A stretch of 64,000 nt of DNA from Bdellovibrionota bacterium (lineage in GTDB: Bacteria; Bdellovibrionota_G; JALEGL01; DATDPG01): assembly GCA_963668355.1 (NCBI GenBank), contig OY764265.1, positions 2,321,742 through 2,385,741 on the forward strand. The letters are read 5' to 3'. The first letter of the stretch is position 1. The number at the start of each line of letters is the position of its first letter. Under the pieces are notes generated by a model. That model saw only the letters and a program-made list of their open reading frames with translations. It searched no databases and had not been told where the DNA came from. Positions 28,654-37,232 of the stretch are shown piece by piece. Position numbers and translations under genes: made by a program.

Positions 28654-28836
28654 ATGAAGATGCAGACGACAGAAACTCGCCCGTACTCGATGGACCAACG
28701 GTATCAAATTGGTGAAGTCATTGAACATCCTTTTTTTGGCAAGGGTCAAGTCATTGCGAATTTGAGAAAAGGGAAAATCGAAGTGGATTTTGAGAAAGCG
28801 GGCGTCCGGACTCTGGTTTCGAATTATCGAGCCTAG
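28654..28836 (+). CDS. Small hypothetical protein (60 aa)
   Basis: AAGAGG RBS 8 nt upstream. An upstream TTGACG...TAAAAA promoter-like element. Followed by a strong intrinsic terminator. Confidence 0.5.
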   Translation: MKMQTTETRPYSMDQRYQIGEVIEHPFFGKGQVIANLRKGKIEVDFEKAGVRTLVSNYRA

Positions 28837-28862
28837 AACCGACGGTTTTTTTGAAAGTTTAC

Positions 28863-28897
28863 AAAGGCCGTGCTTTATTTTGAAGCACGGCCTTTTT
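28863..28897 (+). terminator. Rho-independent terminator
   Basis: AAAGGCCGTGCTT-tattttg-AAGCACGGCCTTT, a perfect 13-bp stem, followed by TTTTT. Confidence 0.8.
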
Positions 28898-28920
28898 CTA
28901 TGTTCGAATTGGAGGAAAAT

Positions 28921-29472
28921 ATGAATAAAGTTAACGTGTTGGTTCCTTTGGCAGAGGGTTTTGAAGAGGTGGAAGCCATGACCATCGTGGATCTATTGCG
29001 GCGAGCGGAAATTGACGTCACGACCGCCAATGTCACGGGGGGAGAATGGGTAAAAGGCGCTCATGGGGTTCCGCTTAAGGCCGATTGTTCGATTTCGGAT
29101 GTTCGCAGCGAACGGTATGAGGCCATTGTCTTGCCGGGAGGCATGCCGGGAGCCTCCCACTTAGCCGAGAGTGAGGAAGTTGCGACATTATTAAAGGACC
29201 ATTTCGAACGGGGTAAGAACGTTGCGGCGATTTGTGCGGCTCCCATGGTTCTTGCGAAACATGGCTTGCTTCAAGGCAAAAAAGCGACGTGTTACCCGGG
29301 ATTTGAGGAAAAGCTTAGTGGAGCTGAACCTCAAACGGGCAATGTCGTTCAGGATGGAACGATTACCACCAGTCGAGGTCCGGCGACGGCCATTCCTTTC
29401 GCCTTGAGTTTGATTGCGACGTTGATGAGTCCGGAAAAGGCCCGAGAAGTTCAGGAAGGACTTCTCGCTTAA
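28921..29472 (+). CDS. DJ-1/PfpI (ThiJ/YajL) family protein
   Basis: VNVLVPLAEGFEEVEAMTIVDLLRRA...AICAAP (nucleophile-elbow Cys)...TSRGPATA. The track start at 28870 lies inside the terminator. Confidence 0.85.
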   Translation: MNKVNVLVPLAEGFEEVEAMTIVDLLRRAEIDVTTANVTGGEWVKGAHGVPLKADCSISDVRSERYEAIVLPGGMPGASHLAESEEVATLLKDHFERGKNVAAICAAPMVLAKHGLLQGKKATCYPGFEEKLSGAEPQTGNVVQDGTITTSRGPATAIPFALSLIATLMSPEKAREVQEGLLA

Positions 29473-29475
29473 ACG

Positions 29476-31554
29476 CTATTTCCCCTCAAATTCTTGTGAG
29501 GTAACGGCCCCGATGCGGACCTCGGATAGGTCCTCGAATGGTCTCGTATTGTCTTTGGCCAAGGGAACGCCTCGAGTCATGAGTTCTCCCCATTTTTGAG
29601 GATATCGAGGTTTTTGGTCCGGGTTGACCAGTCCTTGTGGAATGAGAGGGTATCCTTGGTCGTCAAATTTATCAGAGGCTCCCATCACATGACCGATTTC
29701 ATGAGCCAATCGAACATCCAAGAGAGGTTTTTTTATGAGGAGGGACGGAACGAAAAGAATCCCTTCGCCGCTCGGCCGCGTTTCTTGGAAATCGATGGGG
29801 TATCTTGGGGGTTCGGTTGGGGTTTTGGGGTAGATATGAAGGAATAATCGTCCATGAGCGTTTTGTGGACGAGTCTCAGGTAAGGCGAAGTAACTTCGAA
29901 TATTTTCAAAAGGCAATTTTGGACGAAAGAGTGTGCCATGCCAGGTTTGGGCGGGGGTTCCTTCTCTCCAAGACGTTAAGTTCAATCGGATATCAAACCC
30001 TTGTGACGAAAAAAAAGCTTCGACTCTTCGCAGCGCAAGTTCTAATGGTTCGGGAGAAACATCCACTCCCTGCTCTAACGTGACGAAGAGTTGTACGGAT
30101 TGAATGGGAACCCAAGCCGCCTTTGGGGAGTTCGCCTGGAAGATCCAAAAAAGGAACAAAACCAAACCGAGGCCCAAAAGAATGGGGGGTACCCTGGATT
30201 TCCATCTTTTGAGGGTTCTTCGAGAAGCGGGTGTATGGGAATCCGATAAAGAAGGTTTTGCGTATGCGTCCAAAGGTTCGGAAGGAAGTTCAGAGTTAGG
30301 CCTTGGGGCGGAAGGAGGGACATCTCCTTGAAGGGGAATATCGTCTGGCGGCGTTTCGTCGGGGGTCTTAGCGACTTCTTCGATGACGGGACGAGGTCGT
30401 TGAGACTCAGAGGTTGATACCTCTTTTTTGATCAGGGGGATCGAGGCCAAAGCATTTCCATTGGAGGGATTGGAGACGTCTTTATTTTGGGGAAAAGAGA
30501 CATTGGTGGTTTCTTGAGAGAGTGTGTTTTTGGACACAAATTCCGTTTTTTCAATGGAGGGCATGTCTTCCTGAGCGTGCACCGATAAACCGGTGTCTTC
30601 CTCCTGGAAGGCGGACAGATCGGGTGCAGAGGCCTTTCTCTTTTCGTTTTCGGCCATGGATTCCGGGAAGAGTTCGAAAAGGAGGCGTGCGAAATCCTTC
30701 TGCGTAGAAGGAATTTCGATTTTCGGTAGGCGATCCATAAACGCTTTAGCACTTTGAGGGCGGTCACTTTTTGTTTTGGCCAGTGTTTCTTGCAAAAGAT
30801 TTTTTAGTTCAGGATGCGCTGAAAATACGGGATCCGAGAAACTCGGTTCTTCGTAAAGAATCAACTCTTGAATTTCAATGGAACTTGATGCGATGAGAGG
30901 TTTTCGCCCGGTCAACCCTTCGTAAAGAATAACCCCCAAAGAGTAGAGATCGGATAAGGCATCGCAGTCCTCTCCCGCCATCTGTTCAGGCGCAAGGTAG
31001 GGTAGTTTTCCAAAAACCACGCCCTCCACGCCACGTTTATGTCGTCCCCCGGCTGAGGCAATTCCGAAATCCGTTAATTTGCTTTCTCCGGTAGAAGAGA
31101 GAAGGATGTTTCCGGGTGTTACGTCTTGGTGCACAATCTTCAAAGGTCGCCCGGACGCGTCTGTGGAATGGTGTGCGTATTCAAGGGCCTCAGCAATTTG
31201 GTGAACTATGAGAATCATGACATCAACGGGAAGTTCCAATCGACGCCCTTGAATCTCTTTCAGGAATTGTTGCAGTGAAACGCCATCGACCCACTCCATG
31301 GAAACGTAGAAGTCAGACCCTGCGATTCCGGCATCATACGTTTGGACGATGCAAGGGTGTTCCAGCAGCGTGGTGATCTTGGCCTCCGAGAGGAGTCCGT
31401 TGACAAAAGATTTCAAGGAGCTGAATTCGGGCAATAGTTTCTTGATGGCGACCAGCTCATCTCGATCCCAAGCTAGAAAAACCTCAGCCATACCTCCTTG
31501 GCCCAGGCGATCGAGCAATACAAAGCGACCAAATTTTTGCCGTTCAAAATTCAT
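29476..31554 (-). CDS. Ser/Thr protein kinase fused (through a Pro-rich linker and TM helix) to an extracytoplasmic HExxHxxGxxD zinc-protease-like domain
   Basis: Kinase motifs: GQGGMAEV, VAIKKL, HQDVTPGNILL (non-RD), DFGIA, APE. TM helix VPPILLGLGLVLFLFWIF. C-terminal about 230 aa contain LAHEIGHVMGASDKFDD. Confidence 0.85.
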   Translation of the reverse strand: MNFERQKFGRFVLLDRLGQGGMAEVFLAWDRDELVAIKKLLPEFSSLKSFVNGLLSEAKITTLLEHPCIVQTYDAGIAGSDFYVSMEWVDGVSLQQFLKEIQGRRLELPVDVMILIVHQIAEALEYAHHSTDASGRPLKIVHQDVTPGNILLSSTGESKLTDFGIASAGGRHKRGVEGVVFGKLPYLAPEQMAGEDCDALSDLYSLGVILYEGLTGRKPLIASSSIEIQELILYEEPSFSDPVFSAHPELKNLLQETLAKTKSDRPQSAKAFMDRLPKIEIPSTQKDFARLLFELFPESMAENEKRKASAPDLSAFQEEDTGLSVHAQEDMPSIEKTEFVSKNTLSQETTNVSFPQNKDVSNPSNGNALASIPLIKKEVSTSESQRPRPVIEEVAKTPDETPPDDIPLQGDVPPSAPRPNSELPSEPLDAYAKPSLSDSHTPASRRTLKRWKSRVPPILLGLGLVLFLFWIFQANSPKAAWVPIQSVQLFVTLEQGVDVSPEPLELALRRVEAFFSSQGFDIRLNLTSWREGTPAQTWHGTLFRPKLPFENIRSYFALPETRPQNAHGRLFLHIYPKTPTEPPRYPIDFQETRPSGEGILFVPSLLIKKPLLDVRLAHEIGHVMGASDKFDDQGYPLIPQGLVNPDQKPRYPQKWGELMTRGVPLAKDNTRPFEDLSEVRIGAVTSQEFEGK

Positions 31555-31563
31555 TTCCGCAGA

Positions 31564-32667
31564 TTATAACTCCGGAAACAAAAAAGGCTTGGGATCAATT
31601 TCACAAGACAATTTGGGTTTTTGTTCCGACCCTCTCACGTTCAAGACCAACTCTTCTCCCGTGACATCCAATAAGTGAATGGAAAGCGCAAAGCCCAAAA
31701 TACTGTTTAACCCCGCAGAACGAGAAGCCTCCCGGCGGTATTGAAGGAGCGTTTTGGCTAAAGGCTCGTAGGGTTCAAAGGGTTTTTTGGGATCTTGAAG
31801 ATGAGCTTGGTACCAGTCCAAGTGAAATTGAACCGTCAGACGAACTTCCCCCACCATACAACCTTCGTTGCATCCAATGGTTAAGTCTGAAAATTGTTGG
31901 GTGACTTCTCCCACAGACTTGTTCAGGTAAGGGCGTTGAGCCACCTCTTCAAATCGAGGATAGAGATACTCGGGTACATTTTCCAATCTCATCCGGATGA
32001 GATTGCGATTCCCAATTCCCCCGGCGGATTCTTGAAGCAGTCTTGCTTGCTGACATTGATGAAAAATTCGGTTTCCAGGAATGCTTTCGTCGCTGGAACG
32101 ATAATTATAGTCGCGAAGCAGATCCAAGAGTTCGGGGCATCTCTTCTCACGCACAAGACGTTCGGAGAACTTGATGACGTCAAAGGATGAACATGGGCTC
32201 GTATCCGGAAGCGTTTCCTTGATCCAAGAAACGAGTTTTTTTCGGATGGAGGTCTCTTGATTTCGGGGAAGGGCCAGGTCTCGAAATATTTTTCCTTCCT
32301 GAACTTGAATGAGGGTTCCAGATACGAAACCGTTGGGTCTTCCCGTAGGATGGAAGATGTTGAGCGCCCAAGGGGTTTGGTGTTGGGCGGCCAAGAGTTC
32401 CACTTGCTGATGTGATTTTTGACGCGTCATGGGAAGAAGAAGTACGGAGAGAGAGGTCTCTCGTTCAATGGCCTTCTTAAGTCCTTCTAAGGCATGAAGC
32501 GGGGAGTCTTTCTCCTGTGTGGATAGTGTTTTGGGTGCCGCGTAGATGGCCAACGTACAGGCGGTGGAGTTTGAGGCGGGAGTGGGGGGTGGTGTTTTTG
32601 AACACGAAAAGGTAAAAAGCCCCAAGACGAGAAAGAAAGCCAAGTTGCGGCCCGTTTGTAAGATCAT
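31564..32667 (-). CDS. Hypothetical lipoprotein
   Basis: ATG at 32667 with a GGGAGA RBS and a TATATAAT -10-like box. Signal/lipobox LAFFLVLGLFTFSCS. No recognisable catalytic motif. Confidence 0.5.
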   Translation of the reverse strand: MILQTGRNLAFFLVLGLFTFSCSKTPPPTPASNSTACTLAIYAAPKTLSTQEKDSPLHALEGLKKAIERETSLSVLLLPMTRQKSHQQVELLAAQHQTPWALNIFHPTGRPNGFVSGTLIQVQEGKIFRDLALPRNQETSIRKKLVSWIKETLPDTSPCSSFDVIKFSERLVREKRCPELLDLLRDYNYRSSDESIPGNRIFHQCQQARLLQESAGGIGNRNLIRMRLENVPEYLYPRFEEVAQRPYLNKSVGEVTQQFSDLTIGCNEGCMVGEVRLTVQFHLDWYQAHLQDPKKPFEPYEPLAKTLLQYRREASRSAGLNSILGFALSIHLLDVTGEELVLNVRGSEQKPKLSCEIDPKPFLFPEL

Positions 32668-32707
32668 GGTTCGAATCTCCCTATTATATATCCAGTTTGG
32701 CGAATTG

Positions 32708-32736
32708 CTTGACACACCAACATCCACTCTTATAGT
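32708..32736 (+). promoter_or_regulatory. Sigma-70 promoter of the nuo operon
   Basis: TTGACA-N17-TATAGT, 25 nt upstream of nuoA's AAAGGGA RBS and ATG. Confidence 0.5.
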
Positions 32737-32760
32737 AACGCCTCAATAATAAAGGGAAAA

Positions 32761-33132
32761 ATGTTAATTTCATACCTACCCATACTGATCTTATTGGCTG
32801 TGGCGGTGGCTGTGCCGGTGGGGCTCATTTTCGGAACTTCCCTAGCGGGTCCCAAGGTGAGCCTAGATCAAAAGAAAACACCCTATGAATGTGGGGTGAT
32901 TCCGGTGGGGTCTGCCCGTGAGAGGTTCCCCGTGAAGTTCTACCGAGTCGGATTGCTATTTTTGCTTTTTGACGTTGAAGCGGCTTTTTTGTTTCCCTGG
33001 GCCGTGTTGTATCGGCCGAAACTCGCGGAATGGGGGTTTGAATTCTTGTTCTTCGAACTGGCTCTCTTTTTGTTGGTTCTGGTGATTGGCTTTGTCTACG
33101 CCTGGAAAAAGGGGGCCTTGGAATGGGATTAG
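32761..33132 (+). CDS. nuoA: NADH-quinone oxidoreductase subunit A
   Basis: Three TM helices. PYECGV...FDVEAAFLFPWA signature. Confidence 0.9.
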   Translation: MLISYLPILILLAVAVAVPVGLIFGTSLAGPKVSLDQKKTPYECGVIPVGSARERFPVKFYRVGLLFLLFDVEAAFLFPWAVLYRPKLAEWGFEFLFFELALFLLVLVIGFVYAWKKGALEWD

Positions 33133-33620
33133 CCAAGTTTTCCTGGTCAACTCCTTTGATCCAACAACTCAACACGGACCTCAAAACGCGGATTTTGGAT
33201 TCGGGTGTGGAGCATGGAGAGGTTTGGGTCACCATTCGTGGGAAGGATTTGAAATCTGTTGTGGAACATCTTCGAGAGACGCCCGACTTTGCGTTTGATT
33301 CTTTGGTGGATATTTGTGGAGTGGACTGCTTAGGTCGCTCGCCTAGATTCGAGTCGGTGGTTCATCTTTACTCATCGGAGAAGAAAATTCGCATTCGCAT
33401 TCATTGTCTCGTTCCTGATGAAAGCATGACCCTTCCTTCCTTAACGTCCTTTTGGAAGGGGGCAAATTGGCATGAACGAGAATCCTTCGATCAATATGGC
33501 ATTCGGTATGAGGGACACCCAAATTTGAAGAAAATTCTCAATGCACCCAGCGAAAAAGGATATCCCCAGCGAAAGGACTATGCGCTCAGAGGTGATCGAG
33601 AGGAAGACGAAGAACTATGA
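33123..33620 (+). CDS. nuoC: NADH-quinone oxidoreductase subunit C (30-kDa subunit). Follows nuoA directly with no nuoB.
   Basis: DICGVDCLGR...GANWHERESFDQYGIRYEGHPNLKKIL. Overlaps the nuoA stop. Confidence 0.85.
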   Translation: MGLAKFSWSTPLIQQLNTDLKTRILDSGVEHGEVWVTIRGKDLKSVVEHLRETPDFAFDSLVDICGVDCLGRSPRFESVVHLYSSEKKIRIRIHCLVPDESMTLPSLTSFWKGANWHERESFDQYGIRYEGHPNLKKILNAPSEKGYPQRKDYALRGDREEDEEL

Positions 33621-34111
33621 GCCTCGGCTTTTCTTCAGAGAATGAGAAAAAGCTGACCGCGTTGATTTCCAGGTATCCGCGTTCGGATGCAGCACTGATC
33701 CCTGTTTTATGGCTGGCGCAACAGGAGTTTGGGCATTTGAATCAAGAAGTCAGGCAATTGGTGGCGCAGAAGGTCGGCGTCTCCGAAGCGCGGGTTGAGT
33801 CCGTCGTTTCCTTTTATACGATGTTTCACACCGAGAAGCTTGGGAAGTATCACCTTCAGATTTGTCGGAACCTCTCTTGTTCTTTGTGCGGGGGCGACGA
33901 ATTGCAGAAGGTTGTGAGTTCGGAGTTGGGCATACAACCGGGGGAGACCACCCCAGACGGATTGTTCTCGTATTCTCTTGTCGAGTGCTTGGCTGCATGT
34001 GGGGGGGCTCCCGCATTGCAGGTGAATTTTGATTATTATGAAAACGTGACCACGGATGGGTTAAAAGAACTCATTTCAAGCTTGAGGAAAAATGGAAAAG
34101 ATTCTGACTAA
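33617..34111 (+). CDS. nuoE: NADH-quinone oxidoreductase subunit E (24-kDa, 2Fe-2S)
   Basis: LQICRNLSCSLCGGDEL...LVECLAACGGAPALQVN. ATGA overlap with nuoC. Confidence 0.9.
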   Translation: MSLGFSSENEKKLTALISRYPRSDAALIPVLWLAQQEFGHLNQEVRQLVAQKVGVSEARVESVVSFYTMFHTEKLGKYHLQICRNLSCSLCGGDELQKVVSSELGIQPGETTPDGLFSYSLVECLAACGGAPALQVNFDYYENVTTDGLKELISSLRKNGKDSD

Positions 34112-35366
34112 AAACTTCGAGCTGAAAAATTCGCATACCCTGGAGGTGTATGAGTCCACAGGGGGTTATGCGGGTCTTCGTAAAGCGCTTTCCATGAAGC
34201 CAAAGGAGATTCAGGAAGAAGTGAAAGACTCCGGCCTTCGAGGACGCGGCGGCGCCGGATTTCCCACGGGCATCAAGTGGGGATTCGTCCCCCCCAATAC
34301 CACCAAACCCATTTATTTATGTGTGAATGCCGATGAAGGTGAACCTGGAACATTCAAAGACCGAGAGATTTTGCTTCGCGATCCCCATCGTCTCATCGAA
34401 GGCATCGTGATTGCCTCGTTTGCGTTGAATGTCCACACGGCATTTGTCTATTTCCGGGGAGAATTCGTGTTGGAACGAAAGCGCTTTGACGAAGCCCTCG
34501 AAGAGGCCACACGAAAACACTTCGTTGGGAAAAACATACTGGGAAAGAAATATGATTTAGAAATCATTTCCCATATGGGGGCGGGGGCTTATATCTGTGG
34601 AGAGGAAACCGCGTTACTCAACTCTTTGGAGGGCTATCGAGGTCTCCCGCGAATCAAACCTCCCTTTCCAGCTGTGGAAGGTCTCTTTGAATGTCCGACC
34701 ATCATCAACAATGTCGAAACCTTGGCCAATATTCCTTTCATTGTCGAAAAAGGGGCCAAAGCGTTTCGAAAGTTTGGAACCGAAAAATCCACAGGAACAC
34801 GTCTATTTGCGGTGAGCGGCCATGTCCAAAAACCGGGAGTTTTTGAATTGCCGATCAACGTCTCTTTAATGGATCTCATTCACGACCATGCCGGAGGTTT
34901 GAAACCTGGTCGTCGGTTGAAGGCTGTGATCCCAGGAGGGTCTTCCGCTCCTGTTTTACGAGCGGATGAATGCGATGTGAAGATGGATTACGAATCCCTG
35001 GCTGAAAAAGGAACCATGGCCGGATCCGGTGCCGTAATTGTAATGGATGACACGACGGACATGGTCAAAGCGTTACGCATTCTCATGGAATTCTACGCCC
35101 ATGAATCGTGTGGCCAATGCACGCCTTGTCGAGAGGGTTGCCGATGGCTGCTCAACTTGGTCCAAAGACTGGATCGTGGAGAGGCCCGACCCAAGGATCT
35201 CGATCTCTTATTTGAAATATGCAAACAGATGAAGGGAAAAACCATTTGTGTTTTCTCGGAGGCCGCTGCGGCCCCCATCGAAAGCTTTGTTACGAAATTC
35301 CGGGAAGAGTTTGTCGCGAAGATTTCTGAGACGAAAACCTTACCCATCGCGGAGGCTACGGCATGA
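34092..35366 (+). CDS. nuoF: NADH-quinone oxidoreductase subunit F (51-kDa, FMN/NADH, 4Fe-4S)
   Basis: GLRGRGGAGFPTGIKW, GAGAYICGEETALLNSLEG, ESCGQCTPCREG. Confidence 0.9.
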   Translation: MEKILTKNFELKNSHTLEVYESTGGYAGLRKALSMKPKEIQEEVKDSGLRGRGGAGFPTGIKWGFVPPNTTKPIYLCVNADEGEPGTFKDREILLRDPHRLIEGIVIASFALNVHTAFVYFRGEFVLERKRFDEALEEATRKHFVGKNILGKKYDLEIISHMGAGAYICGEETALLNSLEGYRGLPRIKPPFPAVEGLFECPTIINNVETLANIPFIVEKGAKAFRKFGTEKSTGTRLFAVSGHVQKPGVFELPINVSLMDLIHDHAGGLKPGRRLKAVIPGGSSAPVLRADECDVKMDYESLAEKGTMAGSGAVIVMDDTTDMVKALRILMEFYAHESCGQCTPCREGCRWLLNLVQRLDRGEARPKDLDLLFEICKQMKGKTICVFSEAAAAPIESFVTKFREEFVAKISETKTLPIAEATA

Positions 35367-36424
35367 TTCTCTTTGATGATACGTGGTTGGGTGCGGTGTT
35401 GAGAATTGCCCTTGTGGTTGGGCTCGCGTTTGGGGGCTTTGTCTATGTGCTGGTGTATGCCGAACGCCGAGTGAGTGCTTTTTTGCAAGATCGATTGGGG
35501 CCCAATCGTGTGGGACCGTTCGGTTTGCTTCAAGGTTTGGCCGATGGAATCAAATTCTTTTTCAAAGAAGATGTCATGCCGGCGGGCGCACATAAGATTC
35601 TTTTCCTGGCGGCGCCTTTTGCCGCGGTCTTTCCGGCTATGATGGCCTTGGCCGTTCTTCCCTTGGGGGTGCGAAGAATTCAGGATCAATGGATTCCTCT
35701 TCAAATCGCAAATATAGATGTTGGGATTCTCTTTCTTCTATCCGTGGCTTCTCTCGGTGTGTTTTCCATCATTCTAGGAGGCTGGGCTTCCAATAGTAAA
35801 TATCCCCTTTTGGGTAGCTTTCGGGCGGCCGCTCAAATGATCAGTTATGAAATACCGTTGGGGTTGGCGGTGATGAGTGTAATCGTTCTGGCGGGATCCG
35901 CTCGTCTGGTGGACATCGTGGAAATGCAAACGCATGCATGGTTTATTTTTCTTACCCCTTTAGGGTTTATTTTGTTTCTGGTTTCCATGTTTGCTGAAAC
36001 GAATCGCTTGCCCTTTGACTTGCCCGAGGGGGAAACGGAAATCATCGGGTTTCATGCAGAATATTCCAGTATGAAGTTTGCGATGTTCTTCATGGCCGAA
36101 TACGTGAATATGTTCACGATCTCGACACTCTTGGTTTTGTTATTTCTGGGAGGATGGGAGTTCCTTCCCTTTGTGAGTTGGAATGATGTGGGCTCCCTTT
36201 GGGGGATCGATTTCTACCGTCATCATGTTCTCTGGGTGATTCCAACCTTCTGGTTGCTCGGAAAGGTTTTGTTTTTCTTGTTTCTCTTTATTTGGGTGAG
36301 ATGGACGCTTCCGCGATTTCGATATGATCAATTGATGAGTTTGGGATGGAAACGAATGATTCCGTTGGGGCTTTTGAATCTCTTATGGGTCGTGATGGTT
36401 GCGGCAGGAATTGAGGTGTTTTGA
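35363..36424 (+). CDS. nuoH: NADH-quinone oxidoreductase subunit H. Follows nuoF directly with no nuoG.
   Basis: Multi-TM. EYSSMKFAMFFMAEYVNMF. ATGA overlap with nuoF. Confidence 0.9.
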   Translation: MILFDDTWLGAVLRIALVVGLAFGGFVYVLVYAERRVSAFLQDRLGPNRVGPFGLLQGLADGIKFFFKEDVMPAGAHKILFLAAPFAAVFPAMMALAVLPLGVRRIQDQWIPLQIANIDVGILFLLSVASLGVFSIILGGWASNSKYPLLGSFRAAAQMISYEIPLGLAVMSVIVLAGSARLVDIVEMQTHAWFIFLTPLGFILFLVSMFAETNRLPFDLPEGETEIIGFHAEYSSMKFAMFFMAEYVNMFTISTLLVLLFLGGWEFLPFVSWNDVGSLWGIDFYRHHVLWVIPTFWLLGKVLFFLFLFIWVRWTLPRFRYDQLMSLGWKRMIPLGLLNLLWVVMVAAGIEVF

Positions 36425-36927
36425 TGGCTTCCATGGCCTTCTACTTTTTTGGCGCCTTGGCCGTTTTGTTTTCCATCCTGGTCATCTCGCTTCGAAATCC
36501 GATTACGAGTGCTCTGTCGCTGGTCGTAAGCTTCTTTGCAGTGTCTGGCGTTTTTGTTTTGCTTCATGCCCCTTTCTTGGCCGTCATTCAAATCCTTGTA
36601 TACGTGGGGGCCATTTTGGTTTTGTTTCTTTATGTCTCCATGTTGTTGCGATTGAAAAGTGCGGAGGTTTCTACTTCGAAACAAAAAATTCAACGGTACA
36701 TGGGTTTTGTATTGGCTCCTTTAATGTTGGTCTGGTTTTTAGCGGCCATCGATTTGCCACGAGGGGAGGCGCCTCGATTGGTCAAGGAGTTTGGTTCCAT
36801 TGCTTCCGTGGGAGAGGTGTTACTGAAGCCTCAATTCTTATTGTTTGAGTTTGTTTCGGTGGTGCTCTTGGTGGCCATCATTGGTGCGGTTTTGTTGACC
36901 ACTCGGACCCAGAAGGAGGCAGAATGA
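36424..36927 (+). CDS. nuoJ: NADH-quinone oxidoreductase subunit J. Follows nuoH directly with no nuoI.
   Basis: Five-TM ND6-like protein. ATG overlaps the nuoH stop (TGATG). Confidence 0.8.
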   Translation: MASMAFYFFGALAVLFSILVISLRNPITSALSLVVSFFAVSGVFVLLHAPFLAVIQILVYVGAILVLFLYVSMLLRLKSAEVSTSKQKIQRYMGFVLAPLMLVWFLAAIDLPRGEAPRLVKEFGSIASVGEVLLKPQFLLFEFVSVVLLVAIIGAVLLTTRTQKEAE

Positions 36928-37229
36928 TTGTCCCTCTTTCTCATGTTTTACTGCTGAGTGCGATTCTTCTCGTGATTGGGCTGGTGGGGTTTTTAATTCG
37001 TAGGGATGCCATTACGGTCTTTTTATCCGTCGAAATCATATTGAACGCCGCCAATGTTGCCTTCATTGGGTTCTCCCGTTTTTTGGGAGATGAATTGGGA
37101 CAAGTTGTGGCCTTTGTGGTGATCGCGGCCGCTGCGGCAGAAGCCGCCATTGGTCTGGCATTGGTGGTTCGTTTGGAAAATGAAAAACGCACCTTGGAAT
37201 TGGATGATCTGAAGGATTTGAAGGGGTAG
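36924..37229 (+). CDS. nuoK: NADH-quinone oxidoreductase subunit K
   Basis: 101 aa, three TM helices. LSVEIILNAANVAFIGFS. Confidence 0.9.
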   Translation: MIVPLSHVLLLSAILLVIGLVGFLIRRDAITVFLSVEIILNAANVAFIGFSRFLGDELGQVVAFVVIAAAAAEAAIGLALVVRLENEKRTLELDDLKDLKG

Positions 37230-37232
37230 GGC

